From a virus: a stretch of 64,000 nt of DNA. The translations under genes and the position numbers were made by a program. The DNA is taken from positions 3,030-67,029 of IMG/VR virus record IMGVR_UViG_3300022837_000010; one strand, written 5' to 3'. Below are positions 46,324-56,246 of this stretch, in pieces. Below the pieces are notes generated by a model that worked only from the letters and a program-made list of their open reading frames with translations, searched no databases and was not told the origin of the DNA. Positions within the stretch are counted from its first letter, which is position 1; each line of letters opens with the position of its first letter.

Positions 46324-46566
46324 ATGCCTAAAACTGCCGCATGGCAAAGAAAAGAAGGCAAAGCTAAATCAGGTGGATTGAATGCTAAAGGTAGAGCAAG
46401 TTATACAAAAGGTACTTTAAAAGCACCTAGCAAAGTAGTAGGCAATAAAAGAAGAGCTTCGTTTTGTGCAAGAATGGGTGGAATGAAAAAAAAACTTACT
46501 TCTGCTAAAACAGCAAGAGATCCTAATTCAAGAATTAATAAATCATTAAGAGCGTGGAACTGTTAA
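46324..46566 (+). CDS. Small basic phage protein (DUF6321-like)
   Basis: GGLNAKGRASY...LKAP...RRASFCARM...DPNSRINKSLRAWNC. Confidence 0.7.
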   Translation: MPKTAAWQRKEGKAKSGGLNAKGRASYTKGTLKAPSKVVGNKRRASFCARMGGMKKKLTSAKTARDPNSRINKSLRAWNC

Positions 46567-46742
46567 TGAGAGATACTAAAGCTATTGAAGCTTTTTTAAA
46601 AGAAAATTACAAAAAGATAAAACAGATGAGTTTATTTAGATACTTGAAAAAAGAAGTAGAAACAGGGGCTAGCGGAACTCAAAATTATGTGATAAAAAAA
46701 GGACCCAATAAAGATAAAATAGCAAAAAAATAGGAGAAGAGA

Positions 46743-46982
46743 ATGGACGAAATAGTAATAGTAAGCAAAACACAAAAAGCGTTACAACAAAGACTACAAG
46801 ATATAGGCGATGTTCTTTTAGCTGGAGGGGTTGACACAATGGAAAAATACCGCTATCTAGTAGGACAAGCACACGGAATACAATTAACATTACAGGATAT
46901 CTCTAACCTGCTAAATCCAAAGGAGCAAAAAAATGAGCAAGGAAACGTTATCGACATTAAAAAAGGAAGCGCCGAAGATTAA
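46743..46982 (+). CDS. Hypothetical head-module protein
   Basis: GGVDTMEKYRYLVGQAHG; upstream of GroES. Confidence 0.75.
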   Translation: MDEIVIVSKTQKALQQRLQDIGDVLLAGGVDTMEKYRYLVGQAHGIQLTLQDISNLLNPKEQKNEQGNVIDIKKGSAED

Positions 46983-47406
46983 ATTCGGTCTTCAAGACAA
47001 ATACGAAGAAGAGAATAAAAATTTAGCCCCAGAACAGGAACCCTTAACTCCAGAAAATATTGGAAGTGAAACGGTTGATGAGTTACCAACTCCATCTGGA
47101 TATAGACTTTTAGTTTTACCTTTCACCCCAAAAAATAAATCAGCGGGTGGAATTATATTTTCTCAAGAATCATTAGACAAAGCAAGAATAGCTACAACCT
47201 GTGGTTATGTTCTAAAGATGGGAGATTTAGCATACAAGGATAAAGATAAGTTTGGAGAGCCTTGGTGTAAAAAAGGAGATTGGGTTATTTTTGCTCGCTA
47301 TGCGGGTTCGAGATTACCAATTGAAGGTGGTGAAGTGAGAATACTTAACGATGATGAAGTTTTGGGAACTGTTAAAGATCCTGAATCTGTTCTTCATTTA
47401 ATTTAA
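46933..47406 (+). CDS. groES: Co-chaperonin GroES (Cpn10)
   Basis: PSGYRLLV...KSAGGII...G.VLKMG...KKGDWVIFARYAG...ILNDDEVLG. Confidence 0.9.
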   Translation: MSKETLSTLKKEAPKIKFGLQDKYEEENKNLAPEQEPLTPENIGSETVDELPTPSGYRLLVLPFTPKNKSAGGIIFSQESLDKARIATTCGYVLKMGDLAYKDKDKFGEPWCKKGDWVIFARYAGSRLPIEGGEVRILNDDEVLGTVKDPESVLHLI

Positions 47407-47422
47407 CAACATAGGAAAAACT

Positions 47423-48379
47423 ATGCCAGAAGATATAAGAGCATCAGAAGAGTTAATTGACGTAGGCGAAACAGTCGGCGCAGATATTAATTTTGATGAA
47501 AAAGGCGATGCGGTAAAACAAGAAGAAATAAAAGAAGACATTGAAGTTGAAGAGATAATTGAAGAAACTAAAACTGAACCTCTTGAAACTAAAAAAGAAG
47601 AAAAAGATGAGTTAAAAGATTACAGTGAAGGCGTTCAAAAACGTATTGCTAAACTAACTCGTAAAATGAGAGAAGCGGAAAGACAGAGAGAAGAAGCTGT
47701 TACATATGCTCAATCAGTTACACAGCAAAAAAATCAAGCAGAAAATAGATTGTCTAAATTAGATAAATCTTATGTTTCTGAATTTGAAAGCAGAGTTACA
47801 ACTAGTTTAGCAGCAGCTAAATTAGCTTTAAGAAATGCTATTGAATCTCAAAACGTAGATGCACAAATTGCAGCACAAGAACAGTTAGCTAATCTATCTG
47901 TAGAAAATGCTAGATTAAGATCTATGAAAGTTGTTGAAATAGACGAGCCTAGACAAAAAGAAGTTAGGGTTAATCCTCAACAACGACCTACTACACCACA
48001 ATCAGACCCTAGGGCTGAAGAATGGGCTAGTAAGAATGGTTGGTTTGGAAATGACACTGCTATGACTTATACAGCTTTTGATATACATAAAAAGCTTGTA
48101 GAAGAAGAAGGATATGACCCAAAATCTGATGAATATTATGAGGAAGTTGATACAAGAATAAGAGTTGAATTCCCCCATAAATTTGATAAGATAATAAGTA
48201 ATACTACAGAAAGAGCAAAACCTGCTCAATCCGTAGCTTCAGCATCACGTTCGGCTCAATCAGGACGCAGCAAAAAAACTGTGAAACTCTCGCCATCACA
48301 GGTAGCAATAGCTAAAAGATTAGGCGTGCCATTAGAAGACTATGCGAAACAATTAAACAATATCACGGAAGGACAATAA
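47423..48379 (+). CDS. Capsid scaffolding protein
   Basis: Acidic coiled coil; VQKRIAKLT; C-terminal VKLSPSQVAIAKRLGVPLEDYAK. Confidence 0.75.
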   Translation: MPEDIRASEELIDVGETVGADINFDEKGDAVKQEEIKEDIEVEEIIEETKTEPLETKKEEKDELKDYSEGVQKRIAKLTRKMREAERQREEAVTYAQSVTQQKNQAENRLSKLDKSYVSEFESRVTTSLAAAKLALRNAIESQNVDAQIAAQEQLANLSVENARLRSMKVVEIDEPRQKEVRVNPQQRPTTPQSDPRAEEWASKNGWFGNDTAMTYTAFDIHKKLVEEEGYDPKSDEYYEEVDTRIRVEFPHKFDKIISNTTERAKPAQSVASASRSAQSGRSKKTVKLSPSQVAIAKRLGVPLEDYAKQLNNITEGQ

Positions 48380-48383
48380 GCAT

Positions 48384-48851
48384 ATGGACAATGAAACAAT
48401 AAAAACTTCTCGTGCGAGTCAAACAAGAACAAAGGTCGAAGCACCTAAAACTTGGACTCCACCCAACTCACTTGATGCACCACCTGCGCCCGAAGGGTTC
48501 AGACATAGATGGATTAGAGTAGAAATTCTTGGTCAAGACGATACTAAAAATTTATCGGCTAGGTTAAGAGAAGGATGGGAGTTAGTGAGAGCTGACGAAT
48601 ATCCAGATTCTGCATACCCAACTATGGATCAAAAATCAGGAAAATATTCCGGTGTCATAGGTGTAGGAGGCCTTGTGCTAGCAAGGATACCCGAAGGAAT
48701 CGCAAAATCTCGAGAACAGTATTTTCAAAAACTTACTAAAGAACGAGACGAAGCAGTAAACAACGATTTGCTTAAGGAACAGCACCCAAGTATGCCAATC
48801 AATCAAGAGAGGCAGACTCGTGTAACTTTTGGTGGTTCAAAGAAAAGCTAA
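48384..48851 (+). CDS. Conserved head-module protein
   Basis: WTPPNSLDAPPAPEGFRHRWIR...LREGWELV; between scaffold and capsid genes. Confidence 0.7.
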   Translation: MDNETIKTSRASQTRTKVEAPKTWTPPNSLDAPPAPEGFRHRWIRVEILGQDDTKNLSARLREGWELVRADEYPDSAYPTMDQKSGKYSGVIGVGGLVLARIPEGIAKSREQYFQKLTKERDEAVNNDLLKEQHPSMPINQERQTRVTFGGSKKS

Positions 48852-48939
48852 TTTTTTAGTAATTCCTACCCAACAAAATAAATTAACTAGTATGAAGTCC
48901 ATGTGGACTTTGTACATACATTAAAAGGAAACAAATACT

Positions 48940-49587
48940 ATGGCAAATGCAAGTACAGTAGGATTTGGACTTAAGGCGATCAATACAGTTGGACAAACTC
49001 CAGCTACTTCTGGTCAAGCGGAGTACAAAATCCAAACGGCACCAGGCGTAGCATCTAATAAAGGTGATCCAATGTCTACACAAGATGCAGGCAATCAGGG
49101 TTATCAACAAGATGCTGGCTTTACACTAACAGATGATGGCGGAGCAGGAGCAGCAGCATGGGCAAATAATGCCGATGCACTTCTAACCGGCGTGTTCAAC
49201 GGAGCATTCTTTGTAGACGCTTCGGGAAAACCAACTTTCAGCAATAACATTGTTGCAGGTCAAACTACATCTGTTGATTATAACACTGGAACAAATGAAA
49301 TTTCAGCGTTTATAATGAACAACCCGTTCCAACAATATGTAATAAAAGCGGATGCAGCTGTTGCACAAACCTTAATCGGTGGTGCTAGCAACTTCAACAC
49401 TTTAAACTACACAGCTACAGACAATAAAAGTGGGCAATCAATTGCTAAACTTAATATTGCTTCTGCGGCAGCAACTGGAATGTTTAAATTAATTGGTTAC
49501 GCTAACGATCTAGAGAACAAAGATTTCACTGTTGCAGGTGGAAATGTTGTTGTTGCGATTGCTGGTGGAGCTGGTTTATACGCATAA
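48940..49587 (+). CDS. Minor capsid/decoration protein
   Basis: Ala/Gly-rich, immediately upstream of MCP; leader hairpin 48890..48915. Confidence 0.6.
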   Translation: MANASTVGFGLKAINTVGQTPATSGQAEYKIQTAPGVASNKGDPMSTQDAGNQGYQQDAGFTLTDDGGAGAAAWANNADALLTGVFNGAFFVDASGKPTFSNNIVAGQTTSVDYNTGTNEISAFIMNNPFQQYVIKADAAVAQTLIGGASNFNTLNYTATDNKSGQSIAKLNIASAAATGMFKLIGYANDLENKDFTVAGGNVVVAIAGGAGLYA

Positions 49588-49613
49588 TCAATCTAAATAG
49601 GAGATAAGAAAAC

Positions 49614-50519
49614 ATGGCAATATCAAGAGCACAACTAGTTAAAGAACTAGAGCCAGGTCTAAATGCACTATTTGGACTTGAATACAAACAATACGCAGAT
49701 GAAACAAAAGAGATATTTGATACGGAATCTTCAGACAGAGCGTTTGAAGAAGAAGTGATGCTATCTGGTTTCGGAAATGCAGCAGTTAAACCTGAAGGCC
49801 AAGGCATTCAGTTTGACGACGCACAAGAAACTTTCACTGCAAGATACACTAACGAAACGATCGCGCTAGCGTTCGCAATCACTGAAGAAGCGATTGAGGA
49901 CAATTTGTATGACAGACTTGCGTCTAGATATACAAAAGCCCTAGCAAGATCTATGGCGTCTACTAAAAATGTAAAAGGTGCGGCAGTATTGAACAATGCG
50001 TTCACTGCAGCTTTTGCAGGTGGTGACGGAGTAGAACTTTGTTCTGCTGTTCACCCTACTTTAGCAGGAACTTTCTCTAATGAACCAGCAACAGCTGCGG
50101 ATTTAAATGAAACTTCTCTAGAACAAGCTATAATTGACATTTCTGCTTTCACAGATGAAAGAGGTTTGAAAATTGCTGCGAGAGGAATGAAAATGATCAT
50201 TCCACCTCAATTGCAATTCACAGCTGACAGATTGTTAAATACAGCAGGTAGAACAGGAACTGCAGATAATGATATCAATGCAATCAAAAACATGGGAATG
50301 ATAGCTGGCGGTTATACAGTAAATCATTACCTAACTGACACTGATGCGTGGTTCGTTAAAACTGATGTTCCAAATGGTCTAAAACACTTTAATAGATCGC
50401 CTATCAAAACTACTATGGAAGGTGACTTCGATACTGGTAATGTTAGATACAAAGCTAGAGAGAGATACGTTTTTGGTTTCTCTGACCCTAGAGGAATCTA
50501 CGGATCTCCAGGAGCATAG
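49614..50519 (+). CDS. Major capsid protein
   Basis: MAISRAQLVKELEPGLNALFGLEY...DFDTGNVRYKARERY; strongly biased codons; terminator follows. Confidence 0.9.
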   Translation: MAISRAQLVKELEPGLNALFGLEYKQYADETKEIFDTESSDRAFEEEVMLSGFGNAAVKPEGQGIQFDDAQETFTARYTNETIALAFAITEEAIEDNLYDRLASRYTKALARSMASTKNVKGAAVLNNAFTAAFAGGDGVELCSAVHPTLAGTFSNEPATAADLNETSLEQAIIDISAFTDERGLKIAARGMKMIIPPQLQFTADRLLNTAGRTGTADNDINAIKNMGMIAGGYTVNHYLTDTDAWFVKTDVPNGLKHFNRSPIKTTMEGDFDTGNVRYKARERYVFGFSDPRGIYGSPGA

Positions 50520-50530
50520 TAAATAATTTA

Positions 50531-50558
50531 AAGGGCCGCCTAAAAACGGCCCTTTTTT
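50531..50558 (+). terminator. Intrinsic terminator after MCP
   Basis: AAGGGCCG...CGGCCCTT then T-tract. Confidence 0.85.
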
Positions 50559-50572
50559 AACTATAATAAGGT

Positions 50573-50839
50573 GTGAAAATGAAAAAAACTTCCATAAATA
50601 TCTGGGCTTACAACCATCATGCAAAATTTAATATAGAGCATGTTGAAGATACTGCTGAATCTGTAGAAAAAGCGGTACTTGACAAGTTGGGAGAAAACAG
50701 TATAGTGTGGGAGAATCTCGGAAACAACTATAATAACGGGGTTAGTCGAATAACTTATGAGGAGGTTATAGATGATACAAGACCTATACAAACAAAAAAG
50801 GTCCTTGGAGTTGAAGTGGCAACAGGAGCATTTGGATAA
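50573..50839 (+). CDS. Hypothetical protein
   Basis: 88 aa, INIWAYNHHAKF. Confidence 0.65.
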   Translation: MKMKKTSINIWAYNHHAKFNIEHVEDTAESVEKAVLDKLGENSIVWENLGNNYNNGVSRITYEEVIDDTRPIQTKKVLGVEVATGAFG

Positions 50840-50981
50840 TAACAGATATACTCTTGACATGGTTAGGATAGATGACACGATTAAAAAGGTCATTACTAAC
50901 ATAAAGCTTGAAGAAGCTAGAATTGCTCACTTACAAAACAGAGTAGAAGACTCTGCTCCACAAGTTTCTGTAGCTACTTAA
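50772..50981 (+). CDS. Hypothetical protein
   Basis: RBS GAGGAGG; overlaps upstream ORF by 68 nt. Confidence 0.7.
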   Translation: MIQDLYKQKRSLELKWQQEHLDNNRYTLDMVRIDDTIKKVITNIKLEEARIAHLQNRVEDSAPQVSVAT

Positions 50982-51027
50982 GACATAAAGCTACATCGCT
51001 AAAATCGCACTTTTACTACAGGATCTC

Positions 51028-51137
51028 TTGCACTCTATTCAAAACTAGTGTATAAATTACATACTATACATATATTAATATTTTACATAGACGCGGTATA
51101 GTCGACGGCCTAGAGACTATGTAAAATCAACTAGGAG
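51028..51137 (+). promoter_or_regulatory. Promoter and structured 5' leader
   Basis: TTGCAC-17-TATAAA; TTTTACATAG/CTATGTAAAA stem 51081..51126; loop CCTAG complementary to the SD region CTAGG. Confidence 0.6.
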
Positions 51138-51144
51138 AATAATC

Positions 51145-51627
51145 ATGGCAACAACATCGTTTCAAGGGATCGTAAGATCATATGGCGGACAAGACAAATC
51201 ATCTGGAGCAACTCCAAGTGTATTACTTTTATCAGAAGTAATTTCATTCAATGCAGCAGCAACAGCTGTTTCTTTAACACCAGTTAGAATTGGTACAAGT
51301 GCTACAACAGGTTTAACTTTTGTTTTACCAGCAGGCGCTATACCCGTTTCATTTTCAGTAGTGGCAGCATCAGTAGGTGCAGGTTCTACAGTTGATATAG
51401 GAACTACAGCTGATGTAGATGGCTTCTTTAATGAAGTAGCTTCTATTACAAAAGGAACTCTTGCAGGTGCAGATGGCGCTTTAGTTATTCCAGCAGGTAT
51501 TCCAGCTAATGCTACAGTAGCGGCTTCAGTAGGCGCAACTGCAGGTACAGGAACTGTTACAGGTGTATTTACTTATACTGTCGTAGACAATGCTAAAGCA
51601 GGCGAAGGACAACCTGAATTAGTATAA
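51145..51627 (+). CDS. Virion structural (decoration-like) protein
   Basis: Ala/Thr/Gly-rich; LPAGAIP...VDIGT; own promoter and terminator. Confidence 0.65.
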   Translation: MATTSFQGIVRSYGGQDKSSGATPSVLLLSEVISFNAAATAVSLTPVRIGTSATTGLTFVLPAGAIPVSFSVVAASVGAGSTVDIGTTADVDGFFNEVASITKGTLAGADGALVIPAGIPANATVAASVGATAGTGTVTGVFTYTVVDNAKAGEGQPELV

Positions 51628-51642
51628 TAAATAATTAATTAG

Positions 51643-51663
51643 TGTGGGCTTCGGCCCACATTT
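51643..51663 (+). terminator. Hairpin terminator
   Basis: TGTGGGC-TTCG-GCCCACA. Confidence 0.75.
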
Positions 51664-51684
51664 AAAAATTTAAAGGAGAAAAAC

Positions 51685-51996
51685 ATGGGCGCATCATTTT
51701 CAAGTGATCAAACAACATTAAATTTAGCAGTAATAGGTACAGATACTTTATCAAGAGTAAATAGAGCTAGAATTACTTCTATCCAAGGATATGGAGTAGC
51801 AGCTTCTACTTTACTTTTATACGATGCAGTAAATGCAGGAGCAGCGGCAGCGGGAAATTTAGTAGCAACTTATAAATTCGGAACTGAAGGATTAGAAGTT
51901 TATGTTCCAGGTTCAGGTATTTTATTTAAAGATGGAATTGTTTACAATTTAGCCGGAGCAGGTGGAAGTGTTACTTTAACTATCACTGGCGCGTAG
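51685..51996 (+). CDS. Small virion structural protein
   Basis: RARITSIQ...VPGSGILFKDGI. Confidence 0.65.
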   Translation: MGASFSSDQTTLNLAVIGTDTLSRVNRARITSIQGYGVAASTLLLYDAVNAGAAAAGNLVATYKFGTEGLEVYVPGSGILFKDGIVYNLAGAGGSVTLTITGA

Positions 51997-52005
51997 GATT
52001 TATAA

Positions 52006-53106
52006 ATGGCGACTATAACTTATACAGTCACCGTTGCCACTGGCCAGAATGCTTTTGGTGCCGGTACCGATAAATTTTTCATTAATGGTGAGGTAAGTCC
52101 TGTTCTATATTTACAGGAAGGTAATACTTATATTTTTGATACTTCGGATTCTACAAATACTTCTAATCAACTTTTATTTTCATCAACTAAAGATGGAACA
52201 AATAATGCAGGTGCTAATTATACCAATGGTGTAACTATTACAGGAACTGCTGGAACAGCGGGTGCGAAGGCTACTATTATCGTCGCTCCAGTAAGAACAG
52301 TAGGCGCTCCGGTATTATTTTATTACTCTGCGACGACCGCGGGCATGGGTAACACAGCACAAACAGTTGAACCTACTTCTGAAACAAATCAATTTAATCC
52401 ACAAATAGATGATATTATAGAAGAAGCTTATGAAAGAACAGGTACTTTAGGAACTAGAACTGGTTATCAATTAAGATCAGCAAGACGTTCTCTTAATATT
52501 ATGTTTCAAGAATGGGGTAATAGAGGAGTTCATTTATGGAAAGTAAAACTTGCAAAAATACCTTTAATACAAGGACAGGCAGAATATAGTTATGCAGCAG
52601 ATACTGTAAATTTTCCAAATGATGTAAGTTCAGTATTAGAAGCTTTTTATAGAAATAATTCTACGCCAACAGCCCCCCAAGATATTTCATTAACTCAAAT
52701 TAGTAGATCTATTTATAATGCAACTCCTAATAAATTAACTCAAGGAACACCTTCACAATATTATGTAGATAGAAAAATAAAACCAAGTGTTTTTTTATAT
52801 GCAACACCTAATTCAACTGTATCCAGTACAACTACTCCAGCTAACTTTCAATTTTGTTTTTATTATTTAGCAAAGATTCAAGATGTAGGAGCTTACACAA
52901 ATACAGCAGATGTAGTAAATAGATTTTATCCATGCATGATGTCGGGTCTTGCATATTATTTAAGTCAAAAAGTTTCTCCAGAAAGATCTGCAGAACTTGA
53001 GAGAAGATATGAGAGTGAAATGTTAAGAGCATTAGATGCCGATAACCAAGGAACAGCTACATTTATTTCACCACAAACTTTTTACGGTGATGGGATACTA
53101 GGATAA
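52006..53106 (+). CDS. Head-tail adaptor with N-terminal beta extension
   Basis: IIEEAYER.G...ARRSLNIMFQEWGNRG..LW...GTPSQYY...GLAYYL. Confidence 0.7.
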   Translation: MATITYTVTVATGQNAFGAGTDKFFINGEVSPVLYLQEGNTYIFDTSDSTNTSNQLLFSSTKDGTNNAGANYTNGVTITGTAGTAGAKATIIVAPVRTVGAPVLFYYSATTAGMGNTAQTVEPTSETNQFNPQIDDIIEEAYERTGTLGTRTGYQLRSARRSLNIMFQEWGNRGVHLWKVKLAKIPLIQGQAEYSYAADTVNFPNDVSSVLEAFYRNNSTPTAPQDISLTQISRSIYNATPNKLTQGTPSQYYVDRKIKPSVFLYATPNSTVSSTTTPANFQFCFYYLAKIQDVGAYTNTADVVNRFYPCMMSGLAYYLSQKVSPERSAELERRYESEMLRALDADNQGTATFISPQTFYGDGILG

Positions 53107-53729
53107 TGGGAGTTTTTGCAAGAGGTAAACAAGCATTATCAATTTCAGATAGATCTGGATTAAGATTTCCATATACTGAAATGGTTAGAGAATGGAATGG
53201 GTCTTTAGTTCATTATTCAGAGTATGAAGCAAAGCAACCACAATTAACTCCAAGACCTGTTGGATCAGATCCACAGGCTTTACAAAATCCAAGAGTAGAA
53301 GGAGATGATACTCCACAATTAATTTTATTAGGTAATGATCCTTTCGAGGTTATTATTTATGGTGGTAATACTTATGTTAATGTTTATTCTAGAGATCATC
53401 AAAGATCAGCAGATTCTGTTGTAAGATTAAGAGGATTTCCTCAAGTTACAGGAGCAGGATCAGGTGGAGCTAGTACTCCTAATTTACAATCTTACGCTCC
53501 TATCCCTACAATATCTGGAGTAACTGATATAGATTCAGCAGCTGGTTTTACAATTCAATTAGGAAAAATAGATGCTGCCGGAGTTATTACAAATTCAACT
53601 ACTACAGATTCTTTAACAAATCCAATTAGTTATTTTTATTTTCAAAGTACTATCAATGCAACATCATCTGGTGTACAAGGTGGTGGATCAGGAAGTTCAG
53701 CAGGACCCGTAACATTAAAGGCATTATAA
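53106..53729 (+). CDS. Virion structural protein
   Basis: SISDRSGLRFPY..M..EWNG...EYEAKQPQL. Confidence 0.65.
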   Translation: MGVFARGKQALSISDRSGLRFPYTEMVREWNGSLVHYSEYEAKQPQLTPRPVGSDPQALQNPRVEGDDTPQLILLGNDPFEVIIYGGNTYVNVYSRDHQRSADSVVRLRGFPQVTGAGSGGASTPNLQSYAPIPTISGVTDIDSAAGFTIQLGKIDAAGVITNSTTTDSLTNPISYFYFQSTINATSSGVQGGGSGSSAGPVTLKAL

Positions 53730-53730
53730 T

Positions 53731-54411
53731 ATGGCATATAGTTTAAGCGATTTACAAACAGATATTAGAGGCTACACAGAAGTAGGAGATAATGTTTTTA
53801 CAGATGCAGTTTTAAAAAATATTATTATCAATGCAGAAAATACAATATCAAGAGCAATTGATACAGATCAAGATAGATTTTATGCAACATCAAGTTTAAT
53901 TATAGGTAATAGATATGTAACTATTCCAAGTGATTTAAGAGCTATAAGATATGTTCAATTAACAGATTCAAATGGAAGTCAGTTTTTTTTAGAACAAAGA
54001 GATACTTCTTTTATGGCAGAATTCTATGCAGAACCGGGAACAGCTGCTGTAGATATACCTAGATATTATGGTAATTGGGATGAAGAATTTTGGTTAGTGG
54101 CTCCTACACCTGATAAAACATACCAAATTACACTTTCTTATAATAAACAACCTACTAGTATTACTGTTGATACAGCGGGTACTTATATATCTAATAAATA
54201 CCAAGATTTGCTTTTATATGCGTGTTTAGTAAATGCATATGGGTACTTGAAAGGTCCACAGGATATGATACAATATTACAAAGGGCAATATACAGAAGCT
54301 CTTGAAACGTATGGAGTCGAACAAATTGGCTACAGACGCAGAGACGATTATCAAGATGGAGTTCTTCGTACTCAACTAAATTCAAAACCACCATCAAATA
54401 ATAATAATTAG
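53731..54411 (+). CDS. Tail adaptor / tubular protein A-like
   Basis: IRGYTE...IINAEN...PRYY...APTPD...LLYACL. Confidence 0.7.
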   Translation: MAYSLSDLQTDIRGYTEVGDNVFTDAVLKNIIINAENTISRAIDTDQDRFYATSSLIIGNRYVTIPSDLRAIRYVQLTDSNGSQFFLEQRDTSFMAEFYAEPGTAAVDIPRYYGNWDEEFWLVAPTPDKTYQITLSYNKQPTSITVDTAGTYISNKYQDLLLYACLVNAYGYLKGPQDMIQYYKGQYTEALETYGVEQIGYRRRDDYQDGVLRTQLNSKPPSNNNN

Positions 54412-54423
54412 GAGAAAATAAAC

Positions 54424-54858
54424 ATGGCAAATATAATACCTTTTTCATTTAGAGGAGCACTTTTTTCAGGACAACATGATTTAGCTTCAGGTGGAAATAC
54501 TTTTAAACTATCAATGTATACGGCTAACCCTTATACAACTTCAAGTACAGTTTATGTAGCAACTTATGAAGTAAGTACAGGTGGTAGTTCTAACTATTCT
54601 ATTAAAACTTTAGCAAACCAAGCAGTGGCAAGTACAACGGCCGTCGCTTCAGTAGACTTTGACAACGTAACTTGGACTTCAGCAACTTTCACTGCAGCTT
54701 TTGCTGCAATTTATAATAGTACAACAGTTGATGGATTAGCAAATAGACTAGTAGTAGTTTTAGATTTTGGTGGCGACAAAACGGCAACAAATGGTGATTT
54801 CACTATCGCGTTCCCCGATGCAGCAACACCGGCTAATGCTATCATAAGTATGGCTTAA
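54424..54858 (+). CDS. Tail structural protein
   Basis: FKLSMYT...VDFDNVTWT...LDFGGDKTATNGDFTIAFP. Confidence 0.7.
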   Translation: MANIIPFSFRGALFSGQHDLASGGNTFKLSMYTANPYTTSSTVYVATYEVSTGGSSNYSIKTLANQAVASTTAVASVDFDNVTWTSATFTAAFAAIYNSTTVDGLANRLVVVLDFGGDKTATNGDFTIAFPDAATPANAIISMA

Positions 54859-54868
54859 GGAAAAAATT

Positions 54869-55261
54869 ATGGCTTTAGTTATAGACAACAGAGTAAAAGA
54901 AACAAGTACAACAGGTGGAACTGGCACATTAAATTTAGCTGGAGCACAAGTTGGCTTTACTACTTTTGTAGCAGGAATAGGAGATACTAATACAACGTAT
55001 TATACTATTTTTGAACAAGGAACTGCGAACTATGAAATTGGAATAGGAACAGTTACAGACGCTGCTACAGATACTTTGGCTAGAACTACAGTATTAGATA
55101 ATTCTTTAGGTACTACCGCAAAAATTAATTTTGGAGCAGGGAATACATTAGATGTATTCTGTACGTTACCAGCAAGTAAGGCAATTTATTTAGATGCTGA
55201 CGGTATTCCCGTTGGTGCAGCGGGCGCAGGTTTTTCTGTTGCCATGTCGATCGCCCTTTAG
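54869..55261 (+). CDS. Tail fibre-associated protein
   Basis: NRVKETSTTGGTGTLNL...EIGIGT...VFCTLPA; ends AMSIAL. Confidence 0.7.
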   Translation: MALVIDNRVKETSTTGGTGTLNLAGAQVGFTTFVAGIGDTNTTYYTIFEQGTANYEIGIGTVTDAATDTLARTTVLDNSLGTTAKINFGAGNTLDVFCTLPASKAIYLDADGIPVGAAGAGFSVAMSIAL

Positions 55262-55263
55262 CC

Positions 55264-55701
55264 ATGATGAGAGAATTAATACAAAATTTAAAAGAAAAAA
55301 AATGTACAAATTGCAAAGATATGAAAGATTTAAATAAATTTTATTTTAGAATAAATAAAAAAACAAAAACAAAATACTATCAAGCTTCTTGTATGGACTG
55401 TCAAAATCTGTATGATTATAAAACAGACAAAAACCATAAACTTAAAAAAGCTTATGGTATTACGTTAGATGACTATAACAAATTATTATCTAAACAAAAA
55501 AATAAATGTTCTATTTGTAAAATTGATAATAATGGTAAATATAGAAACAAAACAAGAGCTTTTGCTGTAGATCACTGTCATAATACCAATAAAATTAGAG
55601 GTTTATTATGTAGTGATTGTAATGTTGCACTAGGTCTGTTAAAAGATAATACTAAATATTTAGAATCTGCTATTAAGTATTTAAACAAATTAAAAAACTA
55701 A
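55264..55701 (+). mobile_element. Endonuclease VII-type homing endonuclease
   Basis: CTNC..CMDC; YGITLDDY...CSIC...AVDHCH...IRGLLCSDCNVALG; AT-rich insert among tail genes. Confidence 0.85.
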
Positions 55702-55717
55702 AATATAAGGAAACAAT

Positions 55718-56065
55718 ATGGCACAAAATTTCGCATCAGCAACAGCTCAACTAGGAACAGGAACTACAGCATTGTATACTAATACAACTTCAAGTCCTAC
55801 TTCAGCAGACGCTATTATAGGTATTAGAATTGCTAACATTTTAGCAACTGCAATTACGATTTCAGTTTGGTTATCTCCAACAGGAGCAGGAACAGTTTAT
55901 ATTGCAAAAGATTTAAGTATACCCCCTAACAGTTCAGTAGAATTAGTTCAAGGTGGAGCAAAATTTGTATTAAATGATACAGATGTATTAAATGCAAATT
56001 CAAGTGATGCTACGTCTTCCGATGTAGTAGTAAGTGTAGTTAAAGCAATAAGTACAACAAGTTAG
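55718..56065 (+). CDS. Tail structural protein
   Basis: IIGIRIAN...IAKDLSIPPNSSVEL...KFVLNDTDVL. Confidence 0.7.
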   Translation: MAQNFASATAQLGTGTTALYTNTTSSPTSADAIIGIRIANILATAITISVWLSPTGAGTVYIAKDLSIPPNSSVELVQGGAKFVLNDTDVLNANSSDATSSDVVVSVVKAISTTS

Positions 56066-56075
56066 GTTTTTATAA

Positions 56076-56246
56076 ATGAGTTACTATAATGAAATATATA
56101 TAGGTAATAAACCAGGTGCAGAGCAAATTTATACTCATGCGGAAGTTATTGATAATAAAAATATAGTTATAGAATCTGCGGTTCTCGCTGGACCAGTCAC
56201 TTTCCCCAATGTAATCACAGTAACCGGAACGTTGGTAATTGTCTAA
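56076..56246 (+). CDS. Small tail protein (56 aa, not in track)
   Basis: YIGNKPG...SAVLAGPVTFPNVITVTGTLVIV; stop overlaps next ATG. Confidence 0.65.
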   Translation: MSYYNEIYIGNKPGAEQIYTHAEVIDNKNIVIESAVLAGPVTFPNVITVTGTLVIV

